Positions 10,031-18,693 of a stretch of 64,000 nucleotides of DNA are shown here, piece by piece. The translations under genes and the position numbers were made by a program. A model generated the notes under the pieces. That model made no database searches, was not told where the DNA came from, and saw only the letters and a list, made by a program, of their open reading frames with translations. Origin of the DNA: Candidatus Sungiibacteriota bacterium. Lineage in GTDB: Bacteria > Patescibacteriota > Minisyncoccia > Sungbacterales > HO2-52-23. The stretch is from positions 186,702 through 250,701 of the forward strand of contig CP066690.1 of assembly GCA_016432465.1 (NCBI GenBank), given 5' to 3'. Each line of letters starts with the position of its first letter. Position 1 is the stretch's first letter.

Positions 10031-10711
10031 ATGCACAACCAACAGGTACCAGAAGACAAATACTATCATGTTTATAACAGGGGCGTAGAGAAGAGAGATG
10101 TTTTTCTGAATAACTCAGATTACCATAGATTCTTATATCTTCTTTTTGCGTGCAATGATACTGCCCAACTTCTAAATTCCCAATTTCACTATAGAGGTCC
10201 GACCTCTATAGTAAATAAAGAACGAGATCAGCTTGTTGATATTATTTGTTTTTGTCTTATGCCGAATCACTATCATTTAATACTAAAACCAAGAAAAGAG
10301 AACGGTATGCCATTATTTATGCAAAAAATTGGCACCGGTTACACGATGTATTTTAATACAAAAAGGCAAAGAAGCGGTGTCTTATTTCAAGGCGGCTACA
10401 AATCTATATTAATTGATAATGAAGGCTATCTTTCCCATCTGACTCGCTACATCCATCTCAATCCAGCCGAGCTTATTGAACCAAAATGGAAAAAAGTAGG
10501 TATACTTAAAGCCAAAGAAACACACAAATTTGTAAAAGAGTATAAGTGGTCAAGTTACCGTGACTATCTGAATACACCACATTTTCCTCATTTGCTAAAC
10601 GTGGAACTTATCAAAGAACTATTCCTGCCAAAACAAGAATACGAGTCTTTTGTCCACGAGTGGTTAGTTGATAATATAAATCTGTTGGGGCGATATACCC
10701 TTGAAGATTAA
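10031..10711 (+). CDS. REP-associated tyrosine (Y1 HUH) transposase, RAYT-like
   Basis: YHVYNRG, CLMPNHYH (HUH), YIHLNP, WSSY; flanked by identical palindromes. Confidence 0.9.
   Translation: MHNQQVPEDKYYHVYNRGVEKRDVFLNNSDYHRFLYLLFACNDTAQLLNSQFHYRGPTSIVNKERDQLVDIICFCLMPNHYHLILKPRKENGMPLFMQKIGTGYTMYFNTKRQRSGVLFQGGYKSILIDNEGYLSHLTRYIHLNPAELIEPKWKKVGILKAKETHKFVKEYKWSSYRDYLNTPHFPHLLNVELIKELFLPKQEYESFVHEWLVDNINLLGRYTLED
10188..10212 (-). repeat. REP palindrome inside the RAYT coding sequence
   Basis: ACTATAGAGGTC-C-GACCTCTATAGT, opposite orientation, read as HYRGPTSIV. Confidence 0.9.
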
Positions 10712-10734
10712 CTATAGAGGTCGGACCTCTATAG
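10712..10734 (+). repeat. REP palindrome downstream of RAYT
   Basis: CTATAGAGGTCGGACCTCTATAG immediately after the stop. Confidence 0.9.
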
Positions 10735-10780
10735 AGATGGGGGACTTGACGTACGAAGGTCCTACTGATAGCATGCGGGT

Positions 10781-11248
10781 ATGTTTAAAAGCCTCTTAAG
10801 ATTTCTGGTGCCTGTGTTGGGAATTATTTTGATTGGGGGCGGGGTTTGGTACGGAATTCAGTACTGGCGGTATATAAATAGCGAGGAGTATCAGGCGATT
10901 AAATATACAAAGGAAATTACGAAAAAATATGCCGAAGATACTTTTGGCGGTGATACGCCGGAAGAAACTCTTCGGCTTTTTATTGATGCTTTGAAAAAGG
11001 GAGATACTGACCTTGCGGCTCGGTATTTTATTTTGGATAAACAGGAGGAGTGGAAAGAGGATTTGGCAAAGATTAAGGAGAAAGGGTTGCTAAAGGATAT
11101 GATAAGAGATTTGGAGAGATTAGAAAAATCAAAAGAAGAGCCAGAAGAGGTCTTCTATGTTACAACCAACGAGGCAAATGTTGTCTCTGTTCAGTTGATA
11201 GTCGGTAAAAATCCGTATAGTAAGAAATGGAAAATTTACGAACTTTAA
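10781..11248 (+). CDS. Membrane-anchored protein (NTF2-like/DUF4878-like)
   Basis: N-terminal TM, GGDTPEETLRLFIDALKKGD..AARYF, C-terminal KWKI. Confidence 0.7.
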   Translation: MFKSLLRFLVPVLGIILIGGGVWYGIQYWRYINSEEYQAIKYTKEITKKYAEDTFGGDTPEETLRLFIDALKKGDTDLAARYFILDKQEEWKEDLAKIKEKGLLKDMIRDLERLEKSKEEPEEVFYVTTNEANVVSVQLIVGKNPYSKKWKIYEL

Positions 11249-14200
11249 AATTGATAATGTATTACCTATTGGGAGGGACACTTTTTGTGCTCCCTCTTTT
11301 TGGATTTGCCTATGATGAAAAAACAACGCATCCAGCGCTTACTCAAGAAATAGTCAAGTTCTTTAATTTAAAATCTAAAGATTTAAAGATTTCGGATGAG
11401 GACACGGAATATATTATTCAGGGAAGTATTGACGAGGACGCCGGAGCAAGATGGATGTATCACTTTTATGACCCCGTTTATAATCGCGGTTTATCGCTAG
11501 TACGACAATGGCGAAGCTCAAAAGATTGGGGACAGAATACGCTCGCGCAAGCAAAATATGATGTGGGTTTTGAGGCAAAAAGTCTTGGTGGAACACTTGG
11601 GCCACTTTTTGGTTCAAAAACCGATTATTCTTGGGAACGAGGGATTTATGAATATGCATGGGGAAATAAAAAATGGGGTCTTCTTTCGCTTGGACATATC
11701 CTGCATCTGATTGAAGATGCAACTGTGCCGGATCACTCCAGAAATGATCCGCATCCACCGATTTTAGACTGGGGAAGCCCCTATGAGAACTGGACTAAAA
11801 AATTTGATAGACAAACAATAAATCCTGGAGAGATAGCCGACGAAAAACTTATTATTCTGAATAGTCTAGACGACTATTTTAATAAGTCAGCTTCCTATTC
11901 AAATAACTATTTTTTCAGTAAAGACACAATATTTTCAAAAGAGTACATTTCCCCTACTGTTATTGAAAAAGGAATAGAGAAATTAAGTGACGGCAGAAAC
12001 TACTCATTTGGTTATGGGGAAGATTCGAAAGGCAATAAATTTAGACTCATACAAATCAAGGAAAGTCCCTGGCAAGATCCTGAATATTCGTTAAAGGATC
12101 CGGACCTTAAAATCCTCTCCGACTACTGGTCCCTTCTCTCCAAACAAGCCGTGCTGAACGGCGCCGGAGTGGTAAAACTTTTCTTTGATGAGGTGGAGAA
12201 AGAAAAACAAACGCGGGCCCTATACAATAAAAATCGCTCGTGGCTGGGAAAACAAATTGACAAATTTAAGCGAGACTCGTTTAAAACCGCTAACGTACTT
12301 TACGGGATAACCCCCAAGCTGGAGGATTTGGAGGAAAAAGTAACTACCGAGGTCTCGCCTCCAAAAGGAGGAGAAACCTCAACCACCATTATAGAAACAC
12401 CATCAGTTCTTGAACCACCGAAAGTTAAACCCGCTGAGGTCTCGCCTCCTACAGTGACAGCAGTAGAAACCTCAAAACAAACACCCCCACCCGCAGAAAC
12501 TAAACAACCGCCGCTATCCCCTACTCAACCCAAGCCATCAGCAAACACCTCTTCCTTTCTTCCTATTGCCGGCGCCGGTGGAGGAAGAAAAGACGACGAA
12601 CCGCCGAGTCCCCCTCACATCATTACCGAACCCTCCCAAGATAACCTTATTTTTGCCACAACCACCATTACTTTCCGCGGCCGAGCAGAAAGAAAGACAA
12701 CCGTCATCAACAGCTTCTCTGCAAACACCGTCAAGGTGGCTGATGACGAAAACTGGTCATTAACTCTGGGTCCTCTGCCGCAGGGAACTACTACTATAGA
12801 CTTTTCTGCAAAGGACGAGGCGGGAAATAAATCCCAAAGCAAGTCGCGGACCGTATTTATAGACACCACCGGTCCCCAAATATCCCTTACTATAAATGAA
12901 TGCGGCCAGTCCCTCTCATCGTCATCCTGCCTCACCCCTAAAACAACCCTGAACCTGGAGTGGTCCTCCACCGACCCGGAGTTGAGTCACTTTTTACTGG
13001 AATGCGAAGCCAACGGCTCCGCATGCCAAAACTTCAATATCTCGCAAACCAACGCCACCACCACGACCTACAGCGTGCCCGGCGATAATACTATCTATAC
13101 GTTCAAGGCCCGCGCCGTGGATATACGAGGAAACGTAAGCCCAACCGAAACTAAAACCGTAGAAATAATCTCGCGGCCGTTGATTATTAACGAAATCGCC
13201 TGGATGGGAACATCAGCCACCCGATCTAGCGACGAATGGTTGGAGATCCACAACACAACGGATAAAACAATAAATCTTGCCAATTGGGTGCTGCGCTCCG
13301 AAACTGATCAGACACCCTATATACAACTCTCCGGCAGCATTGGCGCAAAAAGTTTCCTTATCCTTGAAAGAACCGACGATAACACCATCTCCGATATAAC
13401 TGCGCACCAAACCTACACCGGCGCCCTGGAAAATAGCGGCGAGGTAGTGGAGCTTCTTTATGCCTCAACCACTATTGATAAAACTCCGGAAATTTCAACC
13501 TGCGGCGGCTGGTGCGCGGGTGTGGCTGGCGGACAATACCTGACCATGGAGCGCTACGAACCCCTATCTTCCGGAACTGACGCGTCAAATTGGAATTCGT
13601 GGGGAGGATTTTTAGCCAATGGGAAAAACGCGGATAACGCGGCTATAAACGGCACGCCGGGCAAGCGCAACAGCATAAATTATTTAATTACCAAAGACGG
13701 CTCAACGCTCGCGCAAAATAAAACCCTCAAAAAATCCGGCGGCCCGTATCTTGTTACTACCGATTATATAGTTAATAGCGGCATAACCCTCACTATAGAT
13801 CCGGGCGTGGTCGTAAAATTTTATAACGGCGCATCGGCTCTTATTATAAACGGAACCCTAAAAGCCGAAGGAACCTCTACCGATAAAATTGTCTTTACTT
13901 CTTTCAAAGATGATAGCTACGGCGGCGACATGAATCAGGACGCCGCCGCGACCACGCCGCAATACGGAGACTGGGGAACAATAAAAATCGCGGGAAGCGG
14001 ATCATTTGATCAAACCCTTGTCCGCTACGGCGGCGTAAAAGACTCCTCCTCAAATTTCTGGGCCAATATAAGATCCAGCGCCGGATCAGTAGTGATTAAA
14101 AACTCAACTATTGAAGAGGCTGGAGTTTATGGCTTGTGGTTCAACAATGCTTCGGCCAGCATCCAATCAAGCACTATTAAAAATAATACGCATGATAATC

Positions 14201-14520
14201 AGGCATCCGGAATTGTGGTGGGCGGCGGCTCGCTCACAGAAATTAAAAACTCTGTTGTTGAAAATAATCTTTCGGCGGGCATCCTCCTTACCAACTCCAC
14301 CACCACAACCATCAGCGACTCTCTTGTCCAAAACCATCAAAGCTCGGCAAGTTCGCGGGGACTTTCTCTTGTCTCCTCCTCGCCATCTATTAAAAATACA
14401 ACTTTTAAAAACAATACCGTCGCTATTGAGGCAGACGGCAGCTCTTCAGTTTCCAACGGCGGAGGAATTATTTTTGAAGGCAATACCACCAATACCGTAC
14501 CAGCAAACCTGATTCCATAA
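11227..14520 (+). CDS. Secreted Zn-dependent phospholipase C/P1-nuclease-like protein with Ig-like, lamin-tail and beta-helix domains
   Basis: THPALT, GSIDED, HFYDP, LGHILHLIEDATVPDH, YE; IINEIAWMG..DEWLEI (lamin tail); GVVVKF..FTSFKDD..DWG (beta-helix); start may be ATG at 11257. Confidence 0.8.
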   Translation: MENLRTLKLIMYYLLGGTLFVLPLFGFAYDEKTTHPALTQEIVKFFNLKSKDLKISDEDTEYIIQGSIDEDAGARWMYHFYDPVYNRGLSLVRQWRSSKDWGQNTLAQAKYDVGFEAKSLGGTLGPLFGSKTDYSWERGIYEYAWGNKKWGLLSLGHILHLIEDATVPDHSRNDPHPPILDWGSPYENWTKKFDRQTINPGEIADEKLIILNSLDDYFNKSASYSNNYFFSKDTIFSKEYISPTVIEKGIEKLSDGRNYSFGYGEDSKGNKFRLIQIKESPWQDPEYSLKDPDLKILSDYWSLLSKQAVLNGAGVVKLFFDEVEKEKQTRALYNKNRSWLGKQIDKFKRDSFKTANVLYGITPKLEDLEEKVTTEVSPPKGGETSTTIIETPSVLEPPKVKPAEVSPPTVTAVETSKQTPPPAETKQPPLSPTQPKPSANTSSFLPIAGAGGGRKDDEPPSPPHIITEPSQDNLIFATTTITFRGRAERKTTVINSFSANTVKVADDENWSLTLGPLPQGTTTIDFSAKDEAGNKSQSKSRTVFIDTTGPQISLTINECGQSLSSSSCLTPKTTLNLEWSSTDPELSHFLLECEANGSACQNFNISQTNATTTTYSVPGDNTIYTFKARAVDIRGNVSPTETKTVEIISRPLIINEIAWMGTSATRSSDEWLEIHNTTDKTINLANWVLRSETDQTPYIQLSGSIGAKSFLILERTDDNTISDITAHQTYTGALENSGEVVELLYASTTIDKTPEISTCGGWCAGVAGGQYLTMERYEPLSSGTDASNWNSWGGFLANGKNADNAAINGTPGKRNSINYLITKDGSTLAQNKTLKKSGGPYLVTTDYIVNSGITLTIDPGVVVKFYNGASALIINGTLKAEGTSTDKIVFTSFKDDSYGGDMNQDAAATTPQYGDWGTIKIAGSGSFDQTLVRYGGVKDSSSNFWANIRSSAGSVVIKNSTIEEAGVYGLWFNNASASIQSSTIKNNTHDNQASGIVVGGGSLTEIKNSVVENNLSAGILLTNSTTTTISDSLVQNHQSSASSRGLSLVSSSPSIKNTTFKNNTVAIEADGSSSVSNGGGIIFEGNTTNTVPANLIP

Positions 14521-14571
14521 AAATCCATTTATGGTATTATTAAGTATCTATTTAAAAATAAGTAAAAATAT

Positions 14572-15738
14572 ATGGCCAACTATAAAGCAATAACAAATTT
14601 TGAGTTTTTTAACAGCTGTCCCGATACCCCACCATGTCGTTGCCAACTCATCCCCACAAAAATTAAGCTGAGGTATAAAATTGCGGGCCAACCACCGGTT
14701 GACGTTGACAGGACCAGCGGCAGTGACGCAATCACCGATCTAACTGCCGAAGGCTGGACCTTTGTGCCTCCACCAACTATTGCCGAGCCGGAATCGGCCG
14801 CCAAAAGCGGCGACTTTGAATCGCTGGAACTGACCTATAGAGTATTCGCGTCTTGCACTTGTGAAATTACAGGTGAATGCCGTTCTAAAACCTTAGAACT
14901 TTCTGTTCACTACCAAAAGGGCAAGAGCACGCCCGATCCCACAATAACCGCCCACGAGGGCGCGCTTTTTGACTGTTCCGGGGACCTTAACCAACCAACG
15001 CCCACGCCACTTACCCCTTCAGCTTCTTCTGATAACGGAAGCCGCGCCGAAATAACTTTTAGTGTTTCTCTTCCCTGCGTAGGTTGCGGAGGCGGAGGGT
15101 GCGTTGTCAGATTTGGTGTAAAATACGACTACACCATGGAAAGCGATTGTTTTATTACTACCGCGGTGTATGGGACAGCTCTGCACCCTGAAGTCAAAAT
15201 GCTTCAGGGCCTACGAGACAATATCTTAAGAAAAACCCGCTGGGGTAACATGTTTTTTACGGAATACTTCAGGGCCTATGACAAATTTAGTCCGGAAATA
15301 GCCGAGAAAATAAAAACAAATCCTGATATTAAAGAGGCAGTGCTTTGGGGTATTGTCCAGCCTTGGGTAAATTACCTGAAACTGGCCTTGCGAAGACCAC
15401 AAAAATGGAATCTTGATAACTTAGACCATGAACTAAAAGAGTACCTTGAGACTATGAGACGGGAAATGGAAGAATGGCTTAGTGTTATCAAACCACCGGA
15501 GGACTTTTATAACATGAGTAACGCGGACATTGTCGACGAATTAAGTATTGCGCTTCTTGTTTTAAGAGGGGAGACAGACGCCTACCTTGAACGTCTAAGA
15601 AAACTGGGGGCCCTTCCGCTTTCTTTGTCAGCAGACCAACATAAAAACTTGTCGAAAAAGCTTATTAGTGGAGGATATAAACTTCCGCAGATAAACAAAA
15701 TAATCAGTTTAGCAACCCAACACCCCGAGTCGCCTTGA
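14572..15738 (+). CDS. Cys-rich protein with CFI-box-CTERM-like domain
   Basis: CFITTAVYG..EV..LRD..L..WG..F..YDKFSP.IA. Confidence 0.75.
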   Translation: MANYKAITNFEFFNSCPDTPPCRCQLIPTKIKLRYKIAGQPPVDVDRTSGSDAITDLTAEGWTFVPPPTIAEPESAAKSGDFESLELTYRVFASCTCEITGECRSKTLELSVHYQKGKSTPDPTITAHEGALFDCSGDLNQPTPTPLTPSASSDNGSRAEITFSVSLPCVGCGGGGCVVRFGVKYDYTMESDCFITTAVYGTALHPEVKMLQGLRDNILRKTRWGNMFFTEYFRAYDKFSPEIAEKIKTNPDIKEAVLWGIVQPWVNYLKLALRRPQKWNLDNLDHELKEYLETMRREMEEWLSVIKPPEDFYNMSNADIVDELSIALLVLRGETDAYLERLRKLGALPLSLSADQHKNLSKKLISGGYKLPQINKIISLATQHPESP

Positions 15739-15900
15739 TTTTTCGTCCAAAAGTTGTACTATTTGGAAAGATAGCAGTGGCTACACGGAGCCCTGAATCC
15801 GAACACTCACAGGAGTTGATAATTGTTTTTCCGTGCTTGAATTCGCGGCCATTTTAAAATATAATATAGTAGAGAGTCACCCCGACAAAGGATCAGTGCA

Positions 15901-16077
15901 GTGCGAAAATTTATAGTAAGACTGGCGCTGCTTATCTTACTTCTGGGCTATGTGGTATATGCTCTTGGCCTTTTTTCAACGGCAGTAGGATTTTTGGGAG
16001 GGATTAGCAATTTTGCGGAAAGAGACAACAAGGCCATACAGCGCTACAATCAAGAAAAATTTTATAAAAAAAGATAG
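15901..16077 (+). CDS. Small membrane protein (58 aa)
   Basis: Manual ORF from GTG: MRKFIVRLALLILLLGYVVYALGLF...KKR stop; TATAAT upstream. Confidence 0.45.
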   Translation: MRKFIVRLALLILLLGYVVYALGLFSTAVGFLGGISNFAERDNKAIQRYNQEKFYKKR

Positions 16078-16110
16078 CGACCCGTGGGGCCGCTATTACT
16101 TATTACTCCC

Positions 16111-16341
16111 TCAAAAGGGCTGCTCTTTTTTACCCCTTTTCTCCAAAATCCTACAGGCCAGTTCCCAACAGTCATACGAGCAGACCCATCTTTTGATGCC
16201 GGACAACTGACCAACGTCAGGATGCGCAGGACAACTATAATCATAACCATATTTAGGCCTCTTACGCTCACACGTCTTGGTGGGTTTGAGGCAAATCCAG
16301 CACTTGACCCATGGCGCTTTGGGGGCGACGCAACGCGGCAT
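16111..16341 (-). CDS. Small Cys-rich (Zn-finger-like) protein
   Basis: AAGGAG RBS; CWIC, CPAH and CSYDC motifs. Confidence 0.5.
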   Translation of the reverse strand: MPRCVAPKAPWVKCWICLKPTKTCERKRPKYGYDYSCPAHPDVGQLSGIKRWVCSYDCWELACRILEKRGKKEQPF

Positions 16342-16463
16342 CTTTCTCCTTTATTCCTAAGCCGGACTTTACTTAATTTTAACTAGGTTACAAAAAAAGT
16401 CAAGGTGGTTGACTTTCTAATATACTAATTGTAGAATTAAATTGTACTGTGAGGAGGCTGTAA

Positions 16464-17699
16464 ATGAACCTTGAAAAAGCACGAAAACGAGCTACACATC
16501 AACCCCCTGAATGGACCAACACTTTTTGGTTTAAGGGCCTGAAGGAATTTGAGGATACGCAAAAAGGCAAACCCCAGCTTCCTAACTATACCCGCGTTCC
16601 GCACTCGCATCCGGACAACGCGGAGCTGGAACGCGCGTTAACTCAACTTGAGGACGGTTCACACACTCTTGTTTTTTCTTCTGGTATGGCCGCCATCACC
16701 ACTACCCTTGACGCCTTGCTTCGCCCGGGCGACTCCCTAATCGCCGCCGAACCCTGTTATACCAGCACTTATCACAAACTGGAACAGCTAAAAAAAATAG
16801 GCATTGACGTACGATACCTTAATCTGCATAAACTGGGGGCATACTCGGATCGTCAGCTTCTGACTGCGGTTGAGGCTCTCACTGATAAAACCACGAAAAT
16901 TTTTATTGGGGAAACGCCTGCTAACCCCCAAGTTCCGGTTATTTTTCTTGCGCCCTTGGTCTTCCTTGCTCAAAAACTGGGCATAATCCTTGCCATTGAT
17001 AATACCTTTGCCTCGCCTTATAACCAAAGACCGCTGGAATGGGGCTGTGATATTTCGTTTGAATCTCTTACCAAATATTTTGATCGCGGACTTTTCTTGG
17101 GCGGTTCCACTAGTTGGCGTGAAGAAATTATTCAGCCCAAACTGCGCCGCTGGAAAGAATTCCGGGGACTTACCTTTGATATGCTCATTGGTTCTTATTA
17201 CATGACTTGCGGCGGAACTTTTTCGCCTCCACTGGCCAAACGAGCTCTGGCCAACATGGAAACTCTGGAAAAAGAGGTGCGTAAACAAAACCTAAATGCT
17301 CTTGCTCTGGCCCACCTTCTGGAAGATATGGGATTTACGACCCACTATCCGGGACTAATTTCACACCCCCAAAACCTTATTTCATATTTTCAAATGAAAA
17401 TGCGTGACGGCACTAATGGTTTTGGCTGCGTGGTGTCCTTTGACATCGGCAGTCTTGAGGCCGCCTTCCGCTTTTCTGAAGACATGGCCAAAGAGATTGC
17501 TCTGGCGGTAAGTCTGGGGTCAGCCAATACCACTTTTCAGCACCCGGCAGTAATGACGCACTCCACTATTCCCAGAAAAAAGCGTCTGGAGATGGGTATT
17601 ACTGACGGCCTGATCCGTGTGTCCTGCGGCATAGAAGACACAGACTGGATTCTTTCACTTTTTGAAAAAAAACTAAAATCATTTTGCTGCATTCGCTAG
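16464..17699 (+). CDS. PLP-dependent Cys/Met metabolism enzyme (cystathionine gamma-synthase/lyase family)
   Basis: FSSGMAAI, ETPANP, DNTFASP, SLTK, AVSLGS, HPAVMTH, IRVSCGIED. Confidence 0.9.
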   Translation: MNLEKARKRATHQPPEWTNTFWFKGLKEFEDTQKGKPQLPNYTRVPHSHPDNAELERALTQLEDGSHTLVFSSGMAAITTTLDALLRPGDSLIAAEPCYTSTYHKLEQLKKIGIDVRYLNLHKLGAYSDRQLLTAVEALTDKTTKIFIGETPANPQVPVIFLAPLVFLAQKLGIILAIDNTFASPYNQRPLEWGCDISFESLTKYFDRGLFLGGSTSWREEIIQPKLRRWKEFRGLTFDMLIGSYYMTCGGTFSPPLAKRALANMETLEKEVRKQNLNALALAHLLEDMGFTTHYPGLISHPQNLISYFQMKMRDGTNGFGCVVSFDIGSLEAAFRFSEDMAKEIALAVSLGSANTTFQHPAVMTHSTIPRKKRLEMGITDGLIRVSCGIEDTDWILSLFEKKLKSFCCIR

Positions 17700-17723
17700 C
17701 CCTATCGGGCTAGTATTTATATA

Positions 17724-18446
17724 ATGAAGTCGTCTATGGAAACTAATTTCAAAAAAGAGTCAGCAGAACGTAAAAAGAAACGTACTCAAGTAGTTATCCG
17801 GCGTCTTAAGAAAAAGTACCCTGACGCCAAAATAATTTTAAATTTTTCCAGCCCGTGGGAACTTTTGGTGGCCGTGATTTTATCTGCCCAGTGCACCGAT
17901 AAAAAGGTAAATGAAGTTACCGCGCGTCTTTTCAAGAAGTACCGGACACCGAACGACTATGTGAAGTCTAATTCGCGCGAATTAGAGAAGATAATCCGTC
18001 CTACGGGATTCTATCGCGCCAAGGCAAGAAACATTTTAGCCACCGCTAAAATCATTAAAGAAAAATTTAACGGAAAAGTTCCGCGCACGATGGCTGAAAT
18101 GTTAACGTTAAAAGGCGTGGCGCGAAAAACCGCTAATGTAGTTTTGGGCAATGCTTACGGAGTGGTGGAAGGAGTTGCGGTAGATACGCATGTGCGAAGA
18201 TTGGCGCAACGTCTCGGGCTTTCAGCAACAGACGATCCGGTAAAAATTGAGCAGGACTTAATGGCCCTCATTCCCAAAAAGGATTGGTTTAAAATCACTT
18301 ATCTTTTAATTGATCATGGCCGCGCAATTTGCACCGCCAAAGATCCGCGATGCGACTTATGCCCGTTAAATGATCGTTGCCCATCCGCATTTCAGTTTCC
18401 AAGATTCAAGAAAAATAAATCCCCACACCTTCCTACGAGATATTAA
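17724..18446 (+). CDS. nth: Endonuclease III
   Basis: LSAQCTDKKVN, HhH GVARKTANVVL, VDTHV, C-x6-C-x2-C-x5-C. Confidence 0.95.
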   Translation: MKSSMETNFKKESAERKKKRTQVVIRRLKKKYPDAKIILNFSSPWELLVAVILSAQCTDKKVNEVTARLFKKYRTPNDYVKSNSRELEKIIRPTGFYRAKARNILATAKIIKEKFNGKVPRTMAEMLTLKGVARKTANVVLGNAYGVVEGVAVDTHVRRLAQRLGLSATDDPVKIEQDLMALIPKKDWFKITYLLIDHGRAICTAKDPRCDLCPLNDRCPSAFQFPRFKKNKSPHLPTRY

Positions 18447-18693
18447 ACCCGCCCCCACCACCTATTATATGGGTGTGGATAACCCCCTTTGACAAAACTT
18501 GCGTCGTTTGAAAAAATAAACAACGTGGGGATTGGCGCGAGTGTCTGACCACAACTCTAAAGGCCCGGCGACCTAATCGCCTCTGGTCCACACCGACGTC
18601 AATCTCCCCCCACTTAGTTCGTTAAAACAAAAAATAGCGCACCAAGCGCACATCATCATCACCTTCGCGGCTATCCTTCTGGATAGCCGCCTA

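Noticed and set aside
3888-18482. DnaA boxes (3888, 8262, 18474) as oriC
   Set aside because: Isolated boxes, no cluster and no dnaA/dnaN; regulatory at most
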